From positions 9,910,201-9,974,200 of the forward strand of contig NC_092670.1 of assembly GCF_964355755.1 (NCBI RefSeq): a stretch of 64,000 nucleotides of DNA. Reading direction: 5' to 3'. This DNA comes from Antedon mediterranea (lineage: Eukaryota; Animalia; Echinodermata). Under the pieces are notes generated by a model, which had not been told where the DNA came from, did no database searches, and saw only the letters and a program-made list of their open reading frames with translations. Position 1 is the stretch's first letter; the number at the start of each line of letters is the position of its first letter. Made by a program: the position numbers and the translations under genes. Shown here piece after piece: positions 1-11,600 of this stretch.

Positions 1-199
1 ATTTAGTTTTAAGGAAACTTTAGTGAAATATTAAATTATATTAATATGATGGTTCATAGAGTGTAAACCAGTATAATTTGTATTTTACCTTTAAATAGTC
101 AGAGTATACCTAAAATATATTTCATTAATAATTAGGCATATTACTTGCATGTCTGCAGTGAGACATTAGAATGTGGTCCTAAATGTTACACATACTTAC

Positions 200-929
200 A
201 TTGAAAATCTGGAGAATTCATGAATTCCAAGATGATTGTGGCATATATATGCCATATTAAACAAACAAGTCCTGTAATATGAAGTAATATGAAAATGAAA
301 TTAACATTAACATTAAAGGCTGTAGCAAGAGGTTAAAAACAGATGAGGCAAATAAAGATGCTTTAAATATAATATTAATTAATATGAAATATTGCAATCT
401 GTACAGATGAATTGGGGTGGGTTGTGAAAATTTAAAATTTCAGACGAGACAAGCGTCTAATGCCTGTAAATGTTTATAATAGTGTATACATATATAAACA
501 TTTTATTGTTTGACTCAACACTATTTGATGTAAATGTCAAGCATTGATTTTCATTTTTGGTGTACACCTGTCAATAACCAACCATGTTTCTTTGTCATCT
601 TTCACATGATTGAATACTATATGTTAACACCGGAATAGTTCGAAATACTGTAATTTGTAACAGTAAAGTACTTCCAATACAGAGACCTAAATGGTAGGCC
701 TAGCCTAGGAGGCCTAGCCCGGAGGGAGGCTTACTGTAGACTAGCAATAGTACCCGCCTACTCTAAGCTCGACGGCACGTAATCATGACATTTTTTGCCC
801 GAGAAATAGTTTTAAAAACGTCTATATATTGTTTCATTAGGTATTCATGCATATGATATGCTATTTTCAATAACATTACACTTTACCTACTATACCGAAA
901 AATAAAATAAAACGGAGATCCGTCGCCAT
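200..929 (-). CDS. Putative 5' end of an unidentified gene (hydrophobic N-terminus), probably continuing left of the window
   Basis: Exon 1 at 929-887 has aaaATGGCG and ends ...GTAG|gtaaag (phase 1). Exon 2 at 271-200 runs ttacag|GA...CAAT|gtaagt. They join in frame to MATDLRFILFFGIVGLVCLIWHIYATIILEFMNSPDFQ. A TAGGCCTA tract follows exon 1, as in other genes here. No family recognised. Confidence 0.45.
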
Positions 930-3900
930 TTTAATATTTGGTCGGATGAGACCCGGATGAGCTACGGTTCACTGACTATGAAAATCGATTGAATCACGAA
1001 AGTTGGCTTTGTGTTCAAACACGCCATAAAGGTTGTGTCTAATAACTTCATAGAAGTTAGTGTTTAAAACTGCTTAACTTAGAATAAAATGAATGCATTC
1101 TAAATAACAAATAAAACAACTTGGCTGATGTAAGCAGTATTGCTTGATAGAATTTGTTTGATATCCTTATTTCATTTTATTGATTTAAGCAACATTTGAA
1201 ACAACACATACTTTAAGTATGAGAGTTTATAGGTCAACTGTCACCAGGCGTGCCAAACCAACACAAAAATATGAATCAATATAAATATAACCTATCCAAG
1301 TAAAATACAATGCATACAGATATTTTAAGTTGAATTTTACATTTAAGTGGCCGACTTATTTCCATGTGAGTTTAAAAACAGCATAGAAAAAACTATAACA
1401 AAACTTGATTATTAATTATCATCAGATACCTAGAAACTGTAACAGTGTGTCTCTAAGTAATGTACACAAATTAAATATTTAAGCTTTGTGAATAAGGGAG
1501 GTCTAACACCAGCACAGAGGATAATACAGGTATTAGTTCAGTCCCTGGTGCTGACATTTTATTGGAATGGAGCAATATTGATTGATTGATGAGGGTGTTT
1601 TTTTTTCAATGATGGACTTTTAACAACAAAAAGTTCCCACTAGAGACGCAATGCGAGGACATAGATGCAACAGAAGCTAGTTGACCAATGATAAGCGACA
1701 GTTCAAATAATCTATCGTTTATGATTGGTTGCTCTTCGTCTTGCATCTCTAGTGGGAACCACGCATGAATTCATATTTAAATGCTGTTCTACTGCAATTT
1801 TCGTAAATATCTTGCATACATGTTTAGTAACCAAATGGTAGGCTTAAGTGTAAAGGCAGTACATCCTTTAAAGGCAGTGAATTCTAAAAACTAACTATTC
1901 TTTTTGATGTAATACAAGTTCAGCAAGATTCATGTTTTAGCTTTCAAATAATGACCCCCAGAAAGTCATGAAATGTTGTATTGCACCTGGAAGGGTTTAA
2001 TAATTTATCAAAACTCAGGCTACCTTGGTTGGGCTGGCATACAATATTTCTGTAAACTTGTCACCAAATTACTGCATAAATGAGTGTTCCCTAGGATTTT
2101 TAAAAACCTGTTGTGAGCCTTCTGTCAGAAGCATTCTGTTTCTTACATTGAAAAAATAATATATGGCATACGTCTGTGTTTAGGAGGAGAATTTTTACTA
2201 CTGTATGAGGTATACTGGACACATCACTGTACGTATTGGTAGGCATATGCTTCTATCATAAAAGGGTATTCCGATGATTTTTTTAAATATCCTTTTTCAC
2301 ATTCTGGTATTAAATACAATGTGTTAGCCTATTTGGCAGGCCTACATGTGTTGAATACCTATATATTCTTGTTTTTGCCATATTCCTGTACCGGCCTACT
2401 TCTATTATAATGAAATGTGATTGTTCAAATAAAAAATATATATTATCTACTCACTTAATTTGAAAATGCCTTTATTGAGAGTCAATATCACATAGGTACT
2501 GAGAGACTATAATGATACTTTTACTAGAGAGATATTTTGACAAGGTGTAACCTATCACATTTAATACACATCATCCACCCTTTTGTGTGTGACGTAAAGT
2601 AGTAATAATCTCCTGGGTGGTTTTCAGTGAATTGACAACTTTGAAAAGGGGATCCATATCCTTTCATTGGTAGGTGTCATGCATACACTATTCTATGAAA
2701 TGTCAATAATAATAATACAACTACTGTACTGTACCTAATACAAAATTTGAAGACGCCATTATTGAGCTCCGAGAAATGTCGTCCCGGAAGTTAAAAAATA
2801 GACATACGTCGGCCGATATGTGGCGTGCTTTTATTATCAATTTTTAGCAACATTTTAATAAAGTAATTATAATTAAAGATATTTGGTAATTTTTTAGTAG
2901 ATAATCTTTTATCTATTTTATGCATTTTATACTGTAGTTTATAAACAGAAAATAGACCTTTATTAAATAACCACTTAAATGGGGGGGGGGGGGTAGCTGT
3001 GTCTCATGGACTTGGTGATTGTTGATGATTGTGCCCCCCCCCCCTCCCACCTCTTTATCAAAAGATTGGATCCGCCTCTGCTCAAAATATAGGGGAAAAT
3101 GTCATCTTTTTATAATAGGCTAGTAGGCCTACCTCAGTTTTTATATCTAAAATATCAATTAATACATTTAAAATAAAGTAAGAGTGCCATTTCCAACAAT
3201 CTATATTTTCATCCCCCTTTCATAAATCTGGATACACCTTTAAAACATTAACATATATTTTTACACAGGTATTTTAGAGTGCTTTCAAGTTTAAACTTTC
3301 ACTTGGGTACACCGGGAAGGCAGAACAGCTTGAAGCAGTCAACCAACAGTTGTTATTTTACTGTAAAAGGCCATTTTGCATCGGGTACATTCATTGTGCT
3401 CAATGAATATATAAAACTTAAACTCTAATAAATTGTAACATGATATGAGGAGATAAGTAAGAAAAAAACTAAGAAAGTACAAAAATAAACCAAAACATAA
3501 TGTTTCAATGAAATATATTTCTTATTTAATTTTAAAAGTATATACTGCAACCATAATAAATGAAGTGTTGTAAATGAAAGAAAATAGTGATGAATCTCAT
3601 CATAGAGGAAAAATATTACAATTTGCTCAAAGAAGCCAGCTAATATAATGATTTCTCAAATGAATTACTACTACATGACTACTTACTAGTATGGCCTTAT
3701 TTGTATGCATCTTATTTTATCCAATCTTTTGCCTGGGTGTAAAAACAAAAACAAACAGGATGGAACATCCAAAAGCGAACTGGATTCGAATATCCTACAC
3801 AATATCTCTGTGGAATACTGATGTAAGCATAATTTACTTGCTGAGATAAAACTTGTATCCAATCACATCTCGTTGTTGTAGTAGATTTTATCGACAAATT

Positions 3901-4666
3901 AAATAAATAAATTTAAAAGGAATAAAGAACCAGAGCGCCCTCTATTCTGCTACCGACGTACCTGGATATTTCTTTTTATATAACTTTAAGGCCGCCTAGC
4001 AGCTAGGCCTATCCTATATCTGTTTATTTATTGGCATTTTATAGGAGATTCATTTTATATAATAAATAGACACTGCACTGAGGGAAAACTCCCTGTAATA
4101 ACCGACCCAACATTGTTACAGCAAGTTAAGAAAAGGTAAGTGGGCTAGGCCTAGCCGGCCCCACTTCCTGGCTTGGTAGATAGGCCTATAATAATAGCTG
4201 CTAGGCCTAGGCTAGGCTATAAAAGGCTACTTGGACAGCCTATCTAATACTAAATAGGCCTAGTAATTAGTAATAGCTAGCCTAGATTACATATAATGTT
4301 AAGTATTGCAGTATTTTCCACTAGCTAGTTAGGACTAGCCTAACTAGAGGCTTAGTAGCGGCTGCTCTGTTTGGACTTGGTTGTGCAGTTTTTCGCTTAA
4401 TAAAAAGTAGGCCTATACTAATCAATATTTTAAATTGGGGACAGGCAGTCTTTCGTTTACCCATAACATAGTCAAAACAGTATTAAGATAGGGCATAGAA
4501 ATTATCATGTCACTTCTAATACAATAGCCCTAGGGCCTAATACGGGGCCAATAGCATGCGGTGTGCATGTAATTTTTGTTACCTTAATGTCATTTTCTTT
4601 TCCTTTTGTGTTATAGGTCTTGTGATAGAAGATAGATAGATAACGATATTATTAAATAGAAACAAG

Positions 4667-7271
4667 ATGGGAAGTTCAATGAGTAGGCCTACAGCCAACC
4701 TTGTCAGATGTGCCGCACTTGACCTAGGTATACAGTGGACAATGTTTGCAGTTGCTGCTACCTTGAAGACAGAAAAATTTTATGACTTAGTAGGTAGGCA
4801 GGCAGGCAACATTTTTGTTTTGTGTTTAAGTTTAACAGTTATATAATATCTTTGTTTTAGAGTGTTTTGCGCATGCATATTTTGTTTCCCTTTTTTCCAT
4901 TTTATTTTTTATTTATTTGGTATAAAACAACAGCACAACAATCCCAGGGCAACGTGTGATTTACAAAAACAGTTAACAACAAGGACAATGAGGAAAGAAT
5001 AAACTTAATGAAAAATTGTATTCTTTTCCAAATATCATTATATAATATATTGCTATATGATTTTTCACTTTCTTTACAGTTGTGAAACTTTAATGATATT
5101 GTTACTGTATTACTTTAAATCAGTTGACATTTATAATGGTATTATTGCCTGGTTTTTTTAGGGAGGACTGTCAACATTTTTTAATGGAAATAAAATCACA
5201 TTCAATTTCCCTTCAATTCATGCATTCATATATCAACATGTATGTTTTCAGGTAGTGGTACATTCGCTTTACTGGCAGTGCAGAGTTTGAGATGGGGCGG
5301 CCATTATCACCTCAGACAGAAAGTTCAAACTGGTATGGTTGTCACCTGGGGTCTCAGGTAACCATGACAATATTTTATATCAACATCATCCAACAATGAG
5401 CAAAGTGAGCCATAACAGGATTCATACAATGAAAAAAACACAAAACTGATGTAGTATCAAACCCGGGTCTCTCTGTATGACAGTCAAGTGTCCTAACCAC
5501 TCGGCTACCCAACTCCATTCATAATTTGAAAATAATTTTGTTTATGGTGAAGGAACAAAGTCGTTAGTACTATTGAAAATGTATTTCTTTTGATCATTCA
5601 TTTCTTAAACAGACTCGGAGGCCACTTGTTCTCGAGGGTAATGGCTGCTGGTGGGGACAGTCGGTTCAACAAAGTCAGAGGAAACCCTAAAGTATTCTTC
5701 ATGTATTGGACTGTGCAAGGTAGTAACATTTCAAATTTACCTTGTAAAGCTCTGTCTACACTATCATAGTTTGATAAAAAAAAAGTGTGATGTGGCCAAA
5801 TATGGTAGTGATATGCTGAAATATGGTAGTGATATGACAATGTCACATCATCATGTCTATGTATGAGCACATCACATATTTTTGTCACATAAAGTTTGAT
5901 AATTACATTTGATAGCTTTATATTTTAAATTGACAAAGAAATGCTGATAGTTAGCAAGTTAAAAAGTATGCAAATAAGATGATGTCATGATATCTATCTA
6001 TCTTTTTATCTAGCATCTTCTGATGGACTTCTATTCTTTTCCGTCCTGCATATATGCCTCTAACAGTGAAGTGTATCTTTTTGCACAAGATCCACGAATG
6101 TTAGCCTTCCAATTGATCTTTGCCCTGGGTTTGCCTCCATGTCACCAGCTCAGAACAACGACCACAAAACCAATGGGGTTCAACTGCTTTTTCTACCGTT
6201 GCTCCCAACATCTGGAATGGCCTACAGTACCACAATATATTCGATCAATCCGCAGAAACTCTGGCAGCATTTAAATCACAGCTCAAAAAACATCTGTTCA
6301 ACTTGTTTTAATCCTTTTTCTCACTTTTCTTTGACTTGGGAGAGCGCCATGAGAACTTTCCGCCTTTTGATTTCTAAAGGTCTTTTTTCTACTTTCAGCT
6401 TTATGGATTTTAGCAACTTTGTTGCCAACACTCATTCTAAATTTGGAGAAGAAAGATAAAGTTATTGGAATTAGAGATTATATTGGATGGGGCTTGTGGG
6501 GTGCAGGATTTTTAATAGAAACATTAGCTGATCGTCAAAAATCTGTGTTCAGGGCAGATCCTGATAATGCAGTGAGTTGATTGGTTAATTAAAAACCCAT
6601 AACAATTTTATTGGTTTCTATAAATACATTAGGTAGATGGATGGATAAAAATACACAATTTTGATTGGTTGCTATAAATACATATTAGGTAGATAGATAC
6701 AAATACACAATTTTGATTGGTTGCTATAAATACATTAGAAAGATGTATACAAATCCACAATTTTGATTGGTTGCTATAAAAATATACAATTAGGTACGAT
6801 TAGTTGCATGCAAGTATGCATTATATAAATATTGAAGTAAATGATATAGTCTCAAAGAATAAAGTAGTGTATAACACAAAATCAGTTGAGCAGTTTCATT
6901 ACAATAGGTTTCCACATTCATTGAAATGAAAAATTCAAGATATATTCAGAGATACATTGCATTTGTTTTATGTATAATTGTTTTTGTTTCAGGGAAAATT
7001 TATAGACTCTGGTTTGTGGAGTGTATCTCGACATCCAAATTATTTGGGAGAAATTTTACTTTGGAGTGGGATGTACTTGTCTGCTTCATCCGTCATGAGT
7101 GGTTGGCAACACGTTAGCGTCATTTCTCCGTTCTTTGTGTGGTTCTTGCTGACGAGAGTCTCCGGAATTCCGATTCTTGAGCGACAGGGAATGAAGAGAT
7201 ACGGAAGTGATCCTAGATATCTGGAGTATTTGAAGAACGTTCCTGTTTTATTTCCTTTCTTTAAAAAATAA
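4667..7271 (+). CDS. DUF1295 / steroid 5-alpha-reductase-like integral membrane protein, paralogue A (263 aa, 5 coding exons)
   Basis: Exons 4667-4793, 5252-5357, 5613-5719, 6399-6571 and 6993-7271 are all GT-AG with consistent phases. Motifs TEKFYDL-GSGTF, WGLRLG, DSRF, ETLADRQK, GKFIDSGLWSVSRHPNYLGE and SGIPILE are typical of DUF1295. Likely non-coding first exon ending near 4135 (aag|gtaag), spliced to 4617. Confidence 0.9.
5455..5517 (-). mobile_element. tRNA-derived SINE head
   Basis: Minus strand reads gtagccgagtggttaggacacttgactgtcatacagagagacccgggtttgat (A/B-box-like). It is near-identical to the head at 24133, and the cloverleaf is incomplete. Confidence 0.65.
6045..6372 (+). mobile_element. 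L2-type LINE 3' remnant
   Basis: Translates to GSTAFSTVAPNIWNGL...TLAAFKSQLKKHLF, the L2/CR1 ORF2 C-terminal pattern, followed by a gagcgccatgag tail. Boundaries are approximate. Confidence 0.7.
6600..6782. repeat. About 50-bp tandem repeat, 4 copies
   Basis: Unit acaattttgattggttgctataaatacattaggtagat...acaaatac. Confidence 0.8.
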
Positions 7272-8632
7272 CAATGACGACCAAATTAAGAAACAATCCC
7301 AAGGATAATGATGAAAAAAGTTTATTGAAATAATTTATTTTTGAGAAATGTACTAATTAACAATATATAAAATCTAACTTATTTTATAATCTTCTTATTG
7401 GTCAAAGATTTGCCAATCTTACTGAGACATTGGAGAGTTTTTAGGGAAACCTTAAAGATGTATTGTCCCCCAAAAGATGAAAAATGAAGATTAATAAATC
7501 AGACTTTGAAGTTTGACCATGTTGTAGTTTTAATAAGTTAATCACTTTCTTTAAAAAAAAAACTGAAAAAGTAATGTTTTTACTTAAAAAATTACAAAAT
7601 AAACTGCTAAACTCAACCCATTGGCTGGCAGCCAATTAGACTATTTTTTTTGCTTTAAATTACAGTATTTTCAGGTAAATAGATTTTTGTTTAGATCCAA
7701 ATTTGTGGTCAAAGTGAATAAAGTTTTATTTTTCATTGGAGGAAAATATCATATTTATATTGTTATTGTAAAAAGTACAATTTCATAAATTTGATTAATT
7801 CATCCACCCCAAGTTTTTACAATCCTGCCTTGTGGTTATCCATAGTTCAACCCAATGCTCAGAAGTGTTTAGATACTGTGCAGTATCATTTTATAACATT
7901 CAATTCAACCAATGCAATTTGATATATAACATTTTTTACAAATAAAAATCAGTGAATTTTAAATAAAAATTGGTTGTAAACCCTTTTATATTATATTATA
8001 TACTATTGTTTTTATACTTCTGTTGAATGAATAAACTGAACCCCTTTATAATGTTGATTCGTATAACATGGATTTGTGTTTCTTTGGAGTATCTATTTTA
8101 AATTAGTGTTTTTGGTATTTTAATTATAGGCCTACCATTTCTTTTACTTTTGATTTCCTATGACGTTTACAATGTAGTATAATTACATTTTTTTTAATGA
8201 CAAAAGAAAATGCCTCCTAAATAAAAATAAGATTCGCCGCTATAAGATTGGAAAACAACCTAAAAATGACCGAGATGTTTAAAAAAAATGTTGGGATTTT
8301 AAACAAGTACTTGTTTACATTGATTTGAAGAAAAACTTTGAGAAAAGCTGAGTTTGCTGAGAATGCGCTATATTACGTAATAAATCTATAAATACAGTAT
8401 GACCTTTTCAACTGTGAACTAGTACCTGCTGATGGATGATATCAACTGATCCGTAATTTACTTCCGGTCGTGTCATCTGTAATGTTGTTGTTATGTAAGC
8501 TGCTGATCAATCTTATGTAACTAAAAATATTATCACATGTATGTACGTCGTGTATGTGTGGAATTCTCAAGTATTTTGTCGTTCAGTTTCTGTCTTTAGG
8601 TGTTTCTGTTGTTCCTTGTATTCACGATAAAT

Positions 8633-11600
8633 ATGGAAACATTATTTGATGTTGAAAACGATGTTACGAGTAGTAATTCTACGCCTGGAAAGGGTACATT
8701 GGATGGCAATATTTTGGCCTGGAGTGTTGGGATAGATTTCGCTATCCAGTGGGTTGTATTCGCCATTTCTGCACTTTTAAAAACAGAAAAATTTTACGAC
8801 TTAACAGGTATGATTTTGAATTAATCAATTTGCAACAGTATATTGATTGTAATGATAAATTGATTAAGCCAATCTGTTTATATATCGTCAGTCAATTCAA
8901 GGAAGGTGTAGGCCTATATTCAATAAATAAACAGTAATATAAAGATATAAAATAATACTAGGGCTATAGGCCTACTAGAGGCTAGTAGTAGTAGTACTCA
9001 GTCTCAAATAGTCTAGGCTGGGTAGCTGCTAAATGGTACTAAACATTACTCCTACCTAGCTAGCTAGGCCTGTGTGTGTCAGGTACTGGTAAATTGATGT
9101 GTGTTTCAGTTTGGTCTTTGGTTTCTTTGATTGTTTGTTGCCTTCATTCCACAGACGGTGAAAAGCTCTATCATTTGAAGTGGAAGATTGAAGAACGTTT
9201 TTCCTGCAGACTACAGAAATAGTTGTATCTTGGTTTAAAATTCAAAACAGCCCACTAATTTATACCTATGATTGCTTTTTAGGAAGTGGTACGTTCATAC
9301 TACTGGCTGTATTGAGTTTGGTATTGAATGGTGAATATTATGTAAGACAATGTGTCCAGACAGGACTGGTTGTTGTATGGGGCCTTAGGTAAATCAAGTC
9401 TCTTGTATAATCATAGCAACCACAACTTTACACTATATGATAAGTGATTGGTGGTTGAAGCAGTCAAGGCAAATTTAAATATAAATTATTACAGATCATA
9501 CCTTTTGTGGAATTATAATTGTGGAAAGAAAAGTTGGAAAAATATCTACTATATATATACTGCTAGACATGATCGCTACCCTCAGACCACCCACAAATTT
9601 ATTTTTATCGTTTCCTTATGCTAATTATCTCCTATTTTTGTCTGCCGTCTTTTCCTATTTCAAGTCCATCCAATATTTCCAAAACTTTTTTTATTTGCTC
9701 ATTTTCATTCTTTCCATAGTTTCCAACTTCTGTTCTTAATCTCTGGTTTCTGTTTCTATTCTTTCTCCTTCATTTTTCTCTATTCCTTGCTTTTAAAACA
9801 CATGTAATCTCTACCCCTATTCTCCATTCATCCCTTTATCCATCCATTCTTTTTTCCTTCCATCTATTCTTTTCTCTTCATTTAAATGTAGTATGTAACA
9901 TAAGCATTGAGGAAGTCTATTTCAAGTTTTTCTAAAAGGGGAAACAACCATCCCCTGTTAATCTCTCCTCCCATGCTCCCTCTGTTCAGCATTCTAGATC
10001 TGCACCTAATGTAAAGTTTAAAGTTCCAGTAAATGTTAGTCGATACTAAATTTGTTTTCTTTGTATTTAATTCACTATTTTTGTTATGGAACATTTAGGC
10101 TTGGGATATTCCTGTTCTCAAGAGTTATATCCGCTCCAGACCGAAGGTTTGACGATGCTAAGAAGGACCCTAAAGTTTACTTTATTTATTGGACTATGCA
10201 AGGTAATTTAGTAGAACTGTCTATTAAAATTTATGGAAATAAGACACTCTACACCGCATCAGCAAAACCATAGAGATATTATAGTGAACTATAATATCTC
10301 TATGGCAAAACTGACATGATTAATAGCATAAAGATATTATAGGTCACTATAATATCTCTATGTTAATAGTAAATAGTGAGGAACGTTATGTAATTCAGAA
10401 TGTTCAAATAGTGTCATTCAAATTCCAGTAAACATTTTTTTCAAAATGGAGAACATTTTAATTTCATACCATTGCAAATCTTGTTTTCACAACAAATACA
10501 AATACTGTAGTATAATTTTTTCTTCTTTTTTTAAAAACTAGTGACTATATATTTAAACTAGTGTAAAACATATATTTAAACATATATTTAAACATATATT
10601 TAAACTTATATTTAAACTAGTGACCATATATTCTAAAAGTTTATTTCTGTAAAATAAACAATAAACAAACAAAACATCTTCAAAAGATAAACATTTAAAT
10701 GTTTCAAAGGTTTAAAATGATTACAAATTATTTTTTAGCCGTTTGGATTTTTGCCACTTTGGTTCCAACACTGATGCTAAATGCTGAGACAAAAGACAAG
10801 AGTCTGGGGGTTAGAGACTACATAGGTTGGTCAATATGGCTGATTGGATTCCTCATGGAGACTATCTCAGACATCCAGAAGACAATTTTTAAGAAAAACC
10901 CGGATAATGCCGTAAGTTATTTTATTGTTTGGGGAATATTTAGTTCTATTGGGGTCTCTTCAACATTGAGACATGTTTTTCCTTTGAGTATTTCAAATGT
11001 GAAGTTATACCTTTTCACATCTGCATAAATTGTTACAACCTGTAACAAGTTGTAACCAGGTTTGATCTTCCGACTTATTACATGTTTTCACATGCGCATA
11101 CGCGAACCTTGAGAAATCTCGGGAGGAAAGAATAGTTGCGCACTAATTGATTACTATGATTGGTCTGTTAATACCAGGGCAATACACGTGTGCGCAGTAA
11201 GAACTTGGAACATCTCGGAAAAAAAAACACAGGCCTCTTGTTAGTGTTTTTCTTCCGAGATTCACAGGGGTCCCCTGTGAAAATTGTATTCACACTATGC
11301 AAACCTGGTTATAAGTTGTTACAAGTTGTTTCATTTTGCAGATGTGAAAAGGGTATTATAGTACTCAACAAACAAGCTTTCAGATTTTCTGTTTAGATTT
11401 TCTTAGATATGCCAAATGAATAGTATACAGTAGTTCGCAAATAATAGTATTCTTTGATAGCATGATAATGGATTGTAATACATTTGTCACAATAAATAAA
11501 CTGATTTTAAGAAACTCTATCAAAAGTTTGAAATGTGGTAAGATTGTAATAATAATTTAAACATTTGTGTAACTAAATCAAAAATAAAATCGCACAGAAA

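Noticed and set aside
89-109. In-frame TGA in a possible 21-nt exon read as selenocysteine
   Set aside because: The exon itself is uncertain, there is no selenoprotein motif, and any SECIS would lie outside the window.
2980-3080. Poly-G / poly-C tracts (also 21870) as G-quadruplex regulatory elements
   Set aside because: They accompany ggatccgcc termini of a common degraded hAT-like MITE, and no independent function is evident.
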